A DNA stretch of 62,601 nt, the filler included, from Squatina squatina (Eukaryota): the NCBI GenBank assembly GCA_031763465.1. It is 4 parts of 4 records of this genome, joined end to end, with 100 filler letters (N's around TTAATTAATTAA, not from the genome) between each part and the next. Parts side by side here need not be neighbours in the genome. Positions count along the whole stretch, not along the records: positions 1 to 13,290 come from JARFOE010000056.1; 3 more parts are not named here. One strand, 5' to 3'. Below, piece after piece: positions 1 through 12,400 of the stretch. A program made the position numbers and the translations under genes. Each line of letters begins with the position of its first letter. Position 1 is the first letter of the stretch. The notes beneath the pieces are model-generated. The model saw only the letters and a program-made list of their open reading frames with translations, ran no database searches and was not told the DNA's origin.

Positions 1-894
1 CCTACAAATGTTAATCCCTCCTCTCCTCCCAGAGGCTGTGCTCTCTCCTGGTTAGTGCATGGCTTACACTTCTGCAACTTGAGGTGGCTGTTTCCCCCAC
101 ACCACCATCCTTTCTCTTGACATCTGAGTGCCTTTTTGCTCTGAGGAACCTCTTGTCTTCATCATGGATTCTCCTTCACTCAACCAGGTGGCGTCTCTTC
201 CTCTGGTCATGACAGACTTTGGTGGCAATCAGTGCGGACCAGGTATTGTGTCCCTTAGTTTTGATTTTTATCCTATCCTCAGCATTTGACCTAACCTTGA
301 TGAGTAATTTTAAACATCTGAACCATACTTTTAAATTAAAAACTGGGTAAAAAATGAACTTGTAGCAAATGAGTAGAAACCAACAATTTAGTTATCTTTT
401 ACCACCCACAGGGCCATCCACTCAAACAGATCCGTTTTCCTCCCCATTTTACCCCTGAACTATGAGCTTAATTGGTTCTTAATCTCTGACAGTAAGTTTT
501 ACTGATGCCTATTAACAGTGAATAGAAGCTTCAGAATAGCAGTAAATATGTCACATGTACTGTCCCAGAGCTGAAAGGACTGCTTTATAAAATATGTCTG
601 ACTGTTGCCACATATCTTCAGCAGCACTTTGAAAACCACGGTTAGAGGTGGAACTTCATACAGTTAGTGATCGAACCTCCAAACATTTAACATACCGGCC
701 CAGAATTTGCTGGAGCAGGGCATCGCATGCCCTGTTAGTTAAACTTGTTCCNNNNNNNNNNNNNNNNNNNNNNNNNNNNNNNNNNNNNNNNNNNNNNNNN
801 NNNNNNNNNNNNNNNNNNNNNNNNNNNNNNNNNNNNNNNNNNNNNNNNNNNGAAATGTTGGTGTTCAGATGGAACAGGGCACGAATCACTGAAT

Positions 895-1510
895 TGATGT
901 ACAGCAAGCAATTAAGAAAGCAAATGGTATGTTGGCCTTAATTACAAGAGGACTTGCATATAAAAACATCTTACTGTAGTTCTAAAGGGCTTGGTGAGAC
1001 CATTGTGTGCAGTTTTGTTCTTCTTGCCACAGAGGGACTGCAACGAAGGTTGACCAGACTGATTCCAGGATGGGGGATTGTCTTATGAGGAGAGATGGAG
1101 TAGACTAGACCTGTATTCTCCAGAGTTTAGCAGAATGTGAGGGGACTTCATTGAAACATGCAATATTCTTACAGGGATCGACAGGGTAGATGCAGGTAGG
1201 ATGTTTCCCCTGGCTGGGAGGTCTAGAACCAGGGGACACAGTCTCAGAATAAGGGCAAGGACCTTTAGGACAGATATGAGGAGAAATTTCTTCACTCAGA
1301 GGGTCGTGAATCTTTGGAATTCTCTACCGCAGAGGGCTGTGGAGGCGCAGTCATTGAGTGTATTCAAAACAGAGCTGGATAGATTTCTAGATAGTAAAGG
1401 CATCAAGGGATATGGGATTGGTGCAGGAAAATGGCATTGTGTTGGAGAATGGCAAAGCAGGGCTCGAAGGGCCGAAGGGCCTACTTCTGCTCTTATTTCT
1501 TTTGCTCTTA
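895..1510 (+). mobile_element. CR1-type LINE 3' fragment (ORF2 C-terminus and 3' tail), degenerate
   Basis: Translates to CR1 ORF2-end motifs (MFPLAGRSRTRGHSLRI, RRNFFTQRVVNLWNSLPQRAVEA, FKTELDRFL) and ends in a GGGCCGAAGGGCCTACTTCTGCTCTTATTTC tail. Confidence 0.9.
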
Positions 1511-2001
1511 TATTTAGGCCTGATCTTTTATTGTACCGGGCTGCGCACAGAGAAGGGTTTCCTGTCATCTTGCACTTATAAAGATCACATTCTGCACTTA
1601 ATTAAAATGCTGATATATCCTCATCACAGTGATTCCTCACTCGAGAAAGATTTATTAATTCTTCTGCCCCAAGGCTGAGAGTTGTAACTCCTCCATAAGT
1701 TGCAATATCAAGGTCGCTCCATGCCTAACCTCTGGGCGGCACATCAGTCTGTACTTGCCACATTAGCTTCGCGATTACATTGAAGTGCCTGGCTGTACCT
1801 GAGCCAAGGACTAATACAGCTCATTGTAGACGCATGCTTTGAGACCCAGCTGATGGGTCACCTGACGAGTGCAGAGCCCAGTGTGGAGCTGAGTGTCGCA
1901 GAACAGGAGGTTGTCGACCGAATCCTGGTGTTCTGCTAATTCAGGAGATCAGAGTGGCACTAGTGCTCCATCATTCTCCTGAGTTAGTGAGGGAGAAGAT
2001 C

Positions 2002-2057
2002 CAACAACAACAAAAAAAACAACAACAAAATCAACATCAACAACAACAGCAGCAACA
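2002..2057. repeat. Imperfect (CAA)n microsatellite
   Basis: caacaacaacaaaaaaaacaacaacaaaatcaacatcaacaacaacagcagcaac. Confidence 0.85.
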
Positions 2058-2189
2058 CCAATGGTGGGATGAAGCAGTCCAGTAGGCTGGAGTAAGAGGA
2101 ATGGAGAGTTGAGACAGGGATGCTCTAGATCTGGAGTGGTGGAAAAAAATTAATCCGGGGCAAAATTAATTGCCATTAGGAAAAAAATG

Positions 2190-2426
2190 GGTTAATAAAT
2201 GGTTGCTAAAGGCAAATTGTGCATGACTAACTTGATCGAGTTCTGTGGTGAATTATTGGAGAGGGTTGATGAGGGCAGTGTGGTTGGTGTTGTCTATATG
2301 GACTTTCAAAAGGCGTTTCACAAAGTATCACACAGTAAATAGACTTGTTAGCAAAATTAAACCCCATGAGATTAAAGGGACAGTGGCAGCGTGGATAGGA
2401 AATTGGCTAAGGGACAGAAAGCAGAG
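2190..2426 (+). mobile_element. CR1 LINE reverse-transcriptase fragment, frameshifted
   Basis: Degenerate CMTNLIEF, VYMDFQKAF-K-V-H, RLVSKIK and WIGNWLRDRKQ motifs; truncated by a gap. Confidence 0.88.
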
Positions 2427-2989
2427 NNNNNNNNNNNNNNNNNNNNNNNNNNNNNNNNNNNNNNNNNNNNNNNNNNNNNNNNNNNNNNNNNNNNNNNNNN
2501 NNNNNNNNNNNNNNNNNNNNNNNNNNGGGAATATTTGAACATGGTAATGACACTGCTTTATGTAATATAGATGAAACATAAATATTGAGCGGCACTAAAA
2601 AGGCAAATTTCTTGGGCCCACTTGCTGTATAATATTAAGTGACTAACTGTGAGGAACTGCAAATTACAAATCAGCCATGAAGGATTGTCCGGCTCACTCC
2701 TGGAAATGGGTCTTGGTCACCTTGTCACGCTGAAGGGTTTAAACGTGCTGAGCTTATTAACATTGAGTTATTGGATGTTAGAGAAATGCTGGAAAATTAT
2801 CTTTCGAAGCCAGTTCAGTCTGGTGTGTTGTAGTGTTTAGCTGGGGTTTAGACTCGCCCCTTTGTGAGATAACTCTCTATATAGACGTCTTGTGTCTAGA
2901 ACGTGCCCATCAGTTTGCAATATGAAATTAAAGGAAGCCAGTGATTTTCTGCTGGTTGTTACGACCTTGGCACCTTTGCCTCTCTCGAA

Positions 2990-3171
2990 AATAAAAAGCT
3001 GGTCTCAGTAAAACTGACCATGAAGCTGTCAGATTGTCGTAAAAACCCAACTGGTTCACTGGTGTCCTTTAGAGGAGGAAACCTGCCGTCCTTACCCGGT
3101 CTGGCCTATAGGTGACTCCAGTCCCGCACCTTATTGACTCTTACCTGCCCTCTGATTAAGCTACTCAGTTA
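2990..3171 (+). mobile_element. SINE central fragment, same family as 34785-35248
   Basis: Shares aaaacccaactggttcact...gtccttacccggtctggcctata...gactccag with the copies at 18517 and 34785. Confidence 0.8.
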
Positions 3172-4559
3172 NNNNNNNNNNNNNNNNNNNNNNNNNNNNN
3201 NNNNNNNNNNNNNNNNNNNNNNNNNNNNNNNNNNNNNNNNNNNNNNNNNNNNNNNNNNNNNNNNNNNNNNNGGTCCTATAGTTCTCACTGGTTCAACAGC
3301 TTGCTGATCTAATGCCCTGCCTCACTGCGCCACCCACTGTTTGAACAGCTTCAGTACTTCATGGAAAAGTTCACCTCTTTTGTCAGTGCAGTTTCAGCTA
3401 TTTTTAAGGAACTGATGAGGTTTTTCATAGTGCCCATGTCGAGAGTAAAACTGAATTTTCCAGAATTCCTTGCAGGCTCCACTCCCAAAGAAGAAAATGA
3501 GTGATAATGAATAAATTCTGAGATTGGGGTAAACATGACAGGAACACAGAAAGGTCAGGGATGTAAAAGGACCATTTGGCTCATCAGAGCATATCATTAA
3601 CTCTCTTATCATGGCATCTAATTGTGAATAACCTAATGTTTTCACCTCTACTACTTTGATTGAGTGAAGTAGTTTCTCCTGACCTAAATTTATTTTTCCA
3701 TTTAAGTCAATATGAAGTCAGAAACCAGAAGGCATCACTGGATATGAATGATGATGGCTGTCAGAACCTTCTACTGAGCATACCTTTAATGCCAAGTGAA
3801 GGAATGTTGATCTCTCTCACACTTTGTATATAATATTCAACATTAACTTTAATGGAGACTCAAATAGTCAAGTTAAAACGGTAATAAAACATTGTCAGGA
3901 AATAAAATATGCCTTGGTTTCGACGTGACATTATCCCACTGCCTGAGGCTCTCTCTTTGTCTTTTCCCCCTCCCTGTTTATCTTCTAAGCCATGTTTGAC
4001 AGGCATTGTGTTTACTGCCAGTTGAACTATACATTACTGCATATTTAGCACTGCCAAACTCGAAACAAAATCATTGTGGTGGCGTCCTGTTACATCCTGC
4101 AATATTTCATAATCCTGGATCACTTCACTATTGATGACAGAGAGCGATAATTCAGGTAATTCACACCTGCCTAATATAATTCTCCTGTCACTCAACCCTG
4201 CTAGCACTGTACCTGGATTAATGTCTCCTCTTCATACCAACATCTTCTCCCATATCGTTTCGATAATGGTTGTGTACATGAACAGCAGTGTTAGCTTATC
4301 CAGGCACGTATCCTGTTCAACACTCGTCCAAAAATAAAGTATGATAATCCGTTTGATTAAATGGCTCAATCATGATTGCGTGAATCTCTTTTCAAAGCTC
4401 ATCGTGTTGAAAGCTTTATTACATGGAGGGCACTGCTGGTCTCCGCATTTAGTTTTATTCAATAATGTTAGTGATCATGTAGTTAGAATCCAGGATAGAC
4501 AATGGATAACTGTGTGTGTGTGTTAGACGCCTTCTGTTACTGTCTCCTCCACCAGTTTC

Positions 4560-4772
4560 CATTGCCTAAGGGTGTCAGAGAGGAATTTTCCAAAGTATTT
4601 TTCCCTTTATTGGCCCTGACTCTTTCTCTTTTTACCCCCACCTCTCCTCGGAGGTTACAGGGGTGGGGGGATAGGAAGTGTCTAGTCATAATGCTCCAGC
4701 CGTCATGAATGTGGGACAGGATTGATGGACCAGCTGGGCTTTTCCTGCACTTCATTGTCGTATGTCATATGA
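4560..4772 (+). mobile_element. CR1-related retroposon 3' end
   Basis: Ends gatggaccagctgggcttttcctgcacttcattgtcgtatgtcatatg, a CR1-like terminal motif with a short tail repeat. Confidence 0.55.
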
Positions 4773-5524
4773 ACTTAAAATGCAACTCTGTCAGCTGCCT
4801 TCCCAAAATAATTATTTTGTCTCTGTGTGAAGAAGTGAGACAAATTACACAAGTATAAGAAATAACTGCTAGTTTCAAGAGAAGGTAGCCCAGTTCAATT
4901 AACAGGACTGCTGGAATCATAATCTAATCATGTTATTTTTCAGTATCTCAGGCTATTGAAATAATAATGTACACATATTTGCCACTGTGGAGTAAATGGA
5001 ACTAATTGACTGTGATTGCTGCAACTATTAAGGAATTGTCATGCAGATTTTAAAAAATCCAGTTGGCTTTGTTCCATGTCTGACCTAGTAAATAACTCTC
5101 CAGACAGCAAGGTGTTCACACCCCATCCACTTGCGTGATAGCAATAACTCATTCAATTACTTTCCTGTTCAAGAGGAAGCTGGATCTTCTTCAAAGCTCA
5201 AGTGTGAAAGCACTGCTTTAATCTGGAATGTTAAAAGCCTGATTGGATAATATCAATTTGACTGGCTTCCTATATTCGGCAATGGTCTTGTTTCAACCAT
5301 GTGTTCTGGCAGTGAGATGGGGCTCCGTGGTCAGATTAAAATGGAAACCTGGGATGGCATTATTAAGGTACATACATTCAGAGAATGTATGTATTCTTAA
5401 CAGGCATGTTATGAAGAGTGACATCTAATAAGAAAATAAATGGGCAAGAGTGGAACCAGGAGGTTGGCATAGCGCCACTNNNNNNNNNNCTCCTGTGTTA
5501 CTATAACACAGTAAAAGTGGCTCA

Positions 5525-5632
5525 GGAGCGTCCCAGTTGATTCTTGGTCCACGCTGAGTTAGCTGATCTCAGTTGGGGCAGTGGACAGGTCCTCATAAAG
5601 TGAGCTCAGGGAAGGGAAAAATTAACAAGGGG
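5525..5632 (+). mobile_element. Old SINE fragment (LF-SINE-like; family uncertain)
   Basis: gctgagttagctgatctcag...agggaagggaaaattaac; a related copy lies on the minus strand at about 59410-59565. Confidence 0.45.
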
Positions 5633-6006
5633 CCAGGACAGCTGTTAGCCAGGAGGCACTACTGGGGTGGTAAATGGATTTTGCCTGGGTGTGTTGCTAA
5701 ACTCGCTTTGAATTGGGCCTGGCTTTTGCGGAGGCGCCGCTCCCACCGGCAATGCACCACTTGGCGTTGCATGACGATGATGATGCCATCACCGTGCGCA
5801 TCGCCCCCTTACCGCCCCGGAAGGAAAATTGGCCCGCACAACCTACCTTTTTGCCTGGTGATGATATCAACAGTTGGAGCTGTTGATCAACTGTTGGGAG
5901 CCGGATNNNNNNNNNNNNNNNNNNNNNNNNNNNNNNNNNNNNNNNNNNNNNNNNNNNNNNNNNNNNNNNNNNNNNNNNNNNNNNNNNNNNNNNNNNNNNN
6001 NNNNNN

Positions 6007-6150
6007 TAGGGAGGGGTGTTGGGTCTGGAGGAGGTTACAGAGATAGAGAGGGGTGTAGGGCTGGAGGAGGTTACCGAGATAGCGATGGGTGTAGGGTTGG
6101 AGGAGATTATCGTGATAGGGAGGGGTATAGGTCATGAGGAGGTTACAGAA
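6007..6150. repeat. 36-bp minisatellite, about 4 copies, derived from an L2 LINE segment
   Basis: Unit approximately gaggggtgtagggctggaggaggttacagagatagg. The same motif occurs once inside the L2 fragment at 46515-46685. Confidence 0.8.
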
Positions 6151-6789
6151 GTTGTTTTGAAAGATTTTCTAAAGGGGCCCGCTGCTGCCGCGCGGTCATG
6201 CCTGAGCAGACATTTGATCAAACGAGGCTGTGTCTGTCTGTACAGACAGCAGTCATTATCGCAATCAACAGCTTGCCCCACTTATGGTTTCCTCCTCATT
6301 ATGTCCTCAGCCCACAGCATAACTACAAGAAAATTAGCACAGGCCTTCACGTTGCATAACTTAATTTAAAATGACAGGGTGTGACATAGGACCTTCAGTC
6401 TTTCAATTTCAAGCCTTTCCTGCAGTGTCTGAGCCAGCGAGTGAAACGGCTGCCAAAACAATCTCAACGCACAGCTGGTGGGGCTTCGGTTACAACCATC
6501 CCGTCCCAGATGGTGAACATTCATTCCTTTTATTTCCCCTGAATCTCTCTCGATTCTCTGTCTGTATGTATATACCTATATACATATATATATATATATG
6601 AAGATTTGGCACAATCGCAGAGTAGGAAGTTAAAACTAAGCCTTCTTTATAAATTGACACCNNNNNNNNNNNNNNNNNNNNNNNNNNNNNNNNNNNNNNN
6701 NNNNNNNNNNNNNNNNNNNNNNNNNNNNNNNNNNNNNNNNNNNNNNNNNNNNNNNNNNNNNGCTCCTATTTCTTATTTTCTTATCTTAT

Positions 6790-7240
6790 GACAGATGTTA
6801 GGCTAACGGGCCTATAGTTACCTGTTTTCTGTCTCCCTCCTTTTTTGAATGAGGGTGTTAGATTTGAGGTTTTCAAATCGGCTGTGCCTTTTCCAGAATC
6901 TATGGAATTTGGAAGATTACAAGCAATGCATCCACTATCTCTGTAGTCACTTCTTTTAAGATTCTAGGATGCAAGCCATCAGGTCTAGGGGACTTGTCAG
7001 CATTTGGACCCATTAGATTGCCTCGTACTTTTTCTCCAGTGATGGTGATTGTTTTGCGTTCCTCCCTCCCTTTTGCCACTTGATTTTCTACTGATATTGG
7101 GATGTTTTTCGTGTCTTCTAGTCTGACGACATTTACAAAATAAGTGTTCAAAGCCTTTGACACTTCCTTGTTTTCCATTATTATTTCTCCAGTCTCATCC
7201 TCGGAGGGACAAACGTTAACTTTAGCGACTCTCTTCATTT
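6790..7240 (-). mobile_element. CR1 LINE ORF2 fragment (endonuclease-RT linker)
   Basis: The minus-strand ORF reads ETGEIIMENKEVSKALNTYF...KSPRPDGLHPRILKEVTTEIVDALLVIFQ. Confidence 0.9.
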
Positions 7241-7258
7241 TTTATATAATTGCAGAAA

Positions 7259-7472
7259 CGTCCTGGCCAATATTTATCCCTGAGCCAATATTACAAAATC
7301 CATTATCTGGCCATTACCACATTGCTGTTTGTGGGAGCTTGCTGTGCGCAAATTGGCTGCCGCATTTCCCATATTACAACAGTGACTCCACTGCAAATGT
7401 ACCTCTTTGGCTGTGAAGCGCTTTGAGACGTCCGGTGGTCGGGAAAGGCGCTATAGAAATAGAAGTCTTTCT
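7259..7472 (+). mobile_element. DeuSINE/SacSINE1-like SINE, 3' half with L2-type tail
   Basis: tgtttgtgggagcttgctgtgcgcaaattggctgccgc...attacaacagtgact...aagcgctttg...aaaggcgctatagaaat. Confidence 0.8.
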
Positions 7473-8335
7473 TTTTTGCTGCAACTCAGGATAAATAATC
7501 GCAGCTGATTGTAACTGAATTACTGAGTGATTATGGTGTATTATATATGGATGCGGATGAATGATTTGGACTATAAGTCTTATTATCCACCCAATCACTG
7601 AGGTTGAGAATATCCTTTCCTGTTTTCTCGTCTAATTTTCTCTGCACAAGTGGAAACCAACAGGCAAGGAAGANNNNNNNNNNNNNNNNNNNNNNNNNNN
7701 NNNNNNNNNNNNNNNNNNNNNNNNNNNNNNNNNNNNNNNNNNNNNNNNNNNNNNNNNNNNNNNNNNNNNNNNNAGTGCTGCCAGGGACTCTTCACATTCC
7801 TGAACTCCTGCTTCCAGGTCACTGGGGAGTGTGTTTCGCTCTGGCAACTCACCGATTAGGGCAGAGGATCGGAACTCAGGGTTCTAGGCTGATTCCTCTG
7901 GACTCTCACCGTCCCTCATGCTCCCCGCCAATCTGACTCATGTTCAAAAATCACTCGCTTCAAATCCTCTCCATGCTTAGAAATTTACAGAACAAAAGGA
8001 GGCCTTTCGGCCCATCGTGCACAAGGGATTTTTCCAAATTCATTCCAGTGATTCCATTTTTTAAATCTTTGGTGAAATAACACACTGCATCTATGAAACT
8101 GTCCTGGTGATGTTTCATTAAATAAGAAAATAAAATCTGATGTGTAACGTGCTGAACCAGCTCACAAAGAGGCCTGTCATAAACCTCTGGACCCTTTCAG
8201 GATCGGGCAGGAGTAGCTGGATCCAAGGCCAGGCTAAGGCGTTCCCAGACACGTTTCTGGGCCTGGTTTCTCTGTGTCATTCAGCCTTCCAATCAGATGT
8301 TTTCTGTCCTGTAATTTCTCGATCTTGACTTGCAG

Positions 8336-8468
8336 GTGAACGTGTTGGTGATGGGAACACTGAAGACCTTTGGAATTTTTTTCGTGGCTTTCCAGGAAGT
8401 GTTTGGGGGGTCCTCGGAGCAGATCAGCTGGGTGGGCTCCATCATGTCCAGCCTCCGCCTCTCTGCAG
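8336..8468 (+). CDS. SLC16A4: SLC16A4 (monocarboxylate transporter 5) internal coding exon, 133 bp
   Basis: ttgcag|GTG...GCAG|gtaact. Encodes [44 protein letters not shown](G), close to human SLC16A4 [45 protein letters not shown] as I recall it. Not in the ORF track. Confidence 0.92.
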
Positions 8469-8897
8469 GTAACTAGGTCTGGTTGGAAGGCGAGCGAGAG
8501 TTATAAATCCCAAACCGATGCATTCTGCAGACAAGGGGAGGGTTTTTTGGCAGCGATGCCCCTTTTATGGTCTTTTGGTCCCTCCAGTTTTCCTTCACCT
8601 CCTTCAGATGCTGAGTAACAATGGGATACACGTCAACAGCCCTCTCCCACCAAGCTCAAGGTGGTGTTTGACAGCTGGCTATTCAACTATGAAGAACCTC
8701 ACAGTAATCCAGTCCTCACCTGGGGGGCAATTTTTAAACCCCGCCCCATTTATGAGGCTCCAGCAGTTGAAAATGGCCGTGAAGCANNNNNNNNNNNNNN
8801 NNNNNNNNNNNNNNNNNNNNNNNNNNNNNNNNNNNNNNNNNNNNNNNNNNNNNNNNNNNNNNNNNNNNNNNNNNNNNNNNNNNNNNTTTCTGTTTCT

Positions 8898-9058
8898 TGT
8901 CTACTCAATCTCTCCTCATACGACAATCCTCCCCTCCCAGGAGTCAGTCTGGTGAACCCTCTATGACAAGTGTATCCTTCCTCAGGTAAGGAGACCAAAA
9001 TTGTATAAAATACTCCAGGTGCGGTCTCACTAAGGCCCAATATAATTGCAGTAAGATG
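8898..9058 (-). mobile_element. CR1 LINE ORF2 C-terminal fragment
   Basis: Minus strand reads ILLQLYWALVRPHLEYFIQFWSPYLRKD and RFTRLTPGRGGLSYEERLS. Confidence 0.88.
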
Positions 9059-9170
9059 CCTGTGGGAACTTCCTGTAGATGTTTGCACATCATAAACCCA
9101 AGGGAACCTCTGTCGGTGTCTAATAAGAATGAATGGTTTGTTGAATCCGATTTTTTTTTTATCTCTACAG

Positions 9171-9477
9171 GTGCTTTGCTTATTTTGGGAGGTATAATGC
9201 TGAACCTCATCGCTACTAGCATGCTACTCAGGCCAATCTATTTCCATGAAAACCAGTCCACACACTCTGAATCATCCTCTAATGTGAAAGCGCTCATAAC
9301 CCCACATGGCAGTCTATTTCAGAATGGGACAATGAAACAAGGCATCTTGGAGAACCAGTCAGAAGGCTGTTTAATCACCGCCAATCCCACCACTAGCCAC
9401 TCAGCTATTGGTCACCTTGGTGTCTCTAAGAACCAGGACAGCTGCATCCTGAGAGTTGAGAACCTGAGCATCAACGC
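9171..9477 (+). CDS. SLC16A4: SLC16A4 exon (TM6 and start of large cytoplasmic loop), truncated by gap
   Basis: Strong acceptor tttttttttttatctctacag|, phase 1. GALLILGGIMLNLIATSMLLRPIY matches SLC16A4 GALILFGAIALNLVPSSMLLRPIH; the frame stays open to the gap. Confidence 0.88.
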
Positions 9478-12400
9478 NNNNNNNNNNNNNNNNNNNNNNN
9501 NNNNNNNNNNNNNNNNNNNNNNNNNNNNNNNNNNNNNNNNNNNNNNNNNNNNNNNNNNNNNNNNNNNNNNNNNNNNNCATCACAAACAAGCACTGCGATC
9601 ATTCACCATGGGACCTAACTTTACCCTTTCTTAGAGGCAGTTTCAAAAACAAAATTTATTTCCCATTAAATCCATCCCAATCAACTATATTTACTTCTCT
9701 ATCAAATGGATCCATACTTTTTAATACTGTGGCAAAAGTTCATTAGAGATTTTATTGTATATAAAACAAATTTAATAAAATTCATTTTTCTTGAGATAAG
9801 TGCGTCAGACCTGGGTTATTGGCAAAATGTTGTTGTGCCTCTGATCATTCAGTAGAGTTTGTTGCAAAACAGGGGCAATGGGGCATTTGTCCGAATACTT
9901 CATAAATGGCTCGGCTCCCTCTGCAAAATTCCAGCATAGATTGAAGGCGTGTCCCCAAACTGAGTTATCACTTACATTGACATGGTTAGATCACATCCAC
10001 TATCTAGATTTGCTCCTCTATTCCTTTTCAATATTTTGTGTGGCCAAGATTTTCTTCATAGAATGGTCAGTACACTGGTGGAATGCAGCGGTCTAACACC
10101 ATGCTGAATCAAGTCGTGGCGAGATGGAGGGCGCAGTGGAATTATTCATCCTATCTCAGCCCTGAACAGAATTGGACCATTCATTGTAACCAATAATGCT
10201 GCTTCCTTGTCACGTGAGAAATACATCTATTTCTCAGAAAAACACGGCGCCAAGTACAATCGTGCAGGGCGTAAACCCGATATCAATCCCATCAGGCAAG
10301 TTCAGCTAAAATTTTCCCCAGTGTCTTCTTGGCCACCTGCAGAACTTAACTATAATGGGAAAAGTTCAAGCTCACTTCATTCATAGAAAAAATACTTGCA
10401 TTTATACAGGNNNNNNNNNNNNNNNNNNNNNNNNNNNNNNNNNNNNNNNNNNNNNNNNNNNNNNNNNNNNNNNNNNNNNNNNNNNNNNNNNNNNNNNNNN
10501 NNNNNNNNNNATAAGCGTCCAACGGTGATAAAAGTTGTCTTGCAGACGCAGTAGTGCAGGAGTACGTTCTCCCCCATCCTTTACAGTGTTTAACATAGCA
10601 GCCACAAGGGAGACTCAGACCAGACGTCTTCTGTTAGTTAACAGTGCAAGCTTATCAGCTAGTTACTGGGCAATTCTATTCATTTTTTAAATATATAAAA
10701 GGTCTCCTAGGTCAAAATACTGGAGTCGAAAGCTCACTGTGATGAGTTGCGAGGCAATACAGGTATGAGTGAGTTTGGGTACCTAGGAAGGACATGCACA
10801 TCCATGGGGTGTGAAACTGTTACAAGCCACAACGTATCCATCAAATAAGGCACCGGTAACATAGTAAAGAAAGTGTATTTAAACCAACTGCTAGCCCTGA
10901 CGAAATATCAGGTGTATTGTACCTTTTCTTCCTCTCCAAATTAAGCAAATGGCACGCTTTTAAAGCTCCAGGATATAGGGCACTGCCTCACAATTCTAGG
11001 CAACGCTCGAGAAAAGCTGATTTTTTTATTTTGGGGAGGCACGGAACGCCTTGCTTTTTTGGTTTGGTCATGGGTGGCAAGATCGAGACTTATTTTCAAG
11101 GATTCACATTCTTCAAATACTTCACAGATCTGTCGGGTCAAAAATAAACCCAAACTTTTTTTTAAAAAACTTTTTCAAGCAATTCTGGATCTTCGATTAG
11201 AACAGCATCAAGATGATCAGCCAACGGTCAATTCTCAACATTCAGAATGGGGAAACTCCCCCCATTTCGTTTCTTGCAGGCCACTGTTAAGTTAACGGTG
11301 ACGCTGACGCTTCCTCCTCAAATAACGGGGGCTTCCGAAACAAAAAGCCTCAAGTGTACACAGGGGGTCATTTTTTTTTGCTTCATTCATCAAACTTACT
11401 CCAAGGCAGATTTTTTTTTTTCCTCAAAAGAAAACACATTTTATTGATTTTGGTTGACAACATAATCAGCTCAACGCACGTGTGTCTGTGAAAGCCAGTA
11501 TGCAGCTGGTCGAGCCCGAATAGCTTTTCCTTTTGCCCCCAGAAATCAGCTATAAACAGCACACAGCAGCAGATCATTTTCCCCTCAAACACAGGACCTG
11601 GTTTCACATTAGAAGATACAGGAACTTTTTATATATTTTGTTTTTCAAGCTGCCATTCCAGCTCTTTAAAAACAAACAACAGAAATCTTTTCCCCCTGCA
11701 AAAGGCCATTCTACTTCACACAAACATTGTCTTCGGCTCGCACTCAGTTCCAGCGGAAATCTCCTTCTCAGCTTTGCCATTCAAATATTCTGCCACTTGG
11801 GTTTTGCAGGAAAGAAATATCAAATTAGACACAAAAAAATACATGCAACAGCAGTTTCTTCTATATAACTAACAAGAATACAGTTATTTTACACATAGCC
11901 TCAAAAAAAAAATCAGCACTAAAGAAATTCAGTTGGCATGCTACTGAACAACTGCTTCTCACTAAGGCACCAATAAGACCCTAGGTTTCTAAAACAAATT
12001 TTTGATGCAGAATTGTCAAAGACACTGTCTAAAAGCTGATATTTGTCTTCAAGATAAAAGTCCTATGTTAAATAGTCTCTAAGCAAGGCTATCGGATGCA
12101 AGTCTGAAGACTTGCCTGGGGATTAAGCTTCTTTGCAGCTCTTCTTAATCCTCATTTACAGTGAGATTCTAACAATCTGGTTCATTTACAGTTTGAAAAA
12201 TTGAAGACCACTTCTCTGGGATGGGGAAATCTGCACCAAAATGATTATGTGCCTGGGCTGCCGGGGATTGGGAAGAGAATAGCACAGCACATAGGGCATT
12301 AGAAGCATCTTTACATTCACAATGGTGTTCAGGATCTTTTCTAGGTTCCCTTAGGCTCACCTCACAGGCAATTTAAAAGATGTACTTTAAATCTTACTGG

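Noticed and set aside
163-250. Short ATG-to-donor segment MDSPSLNQVASLPLVMTDFGGNQCGP|gtattg
   Set aside because: Too short, weak donor, no recognisable homology.
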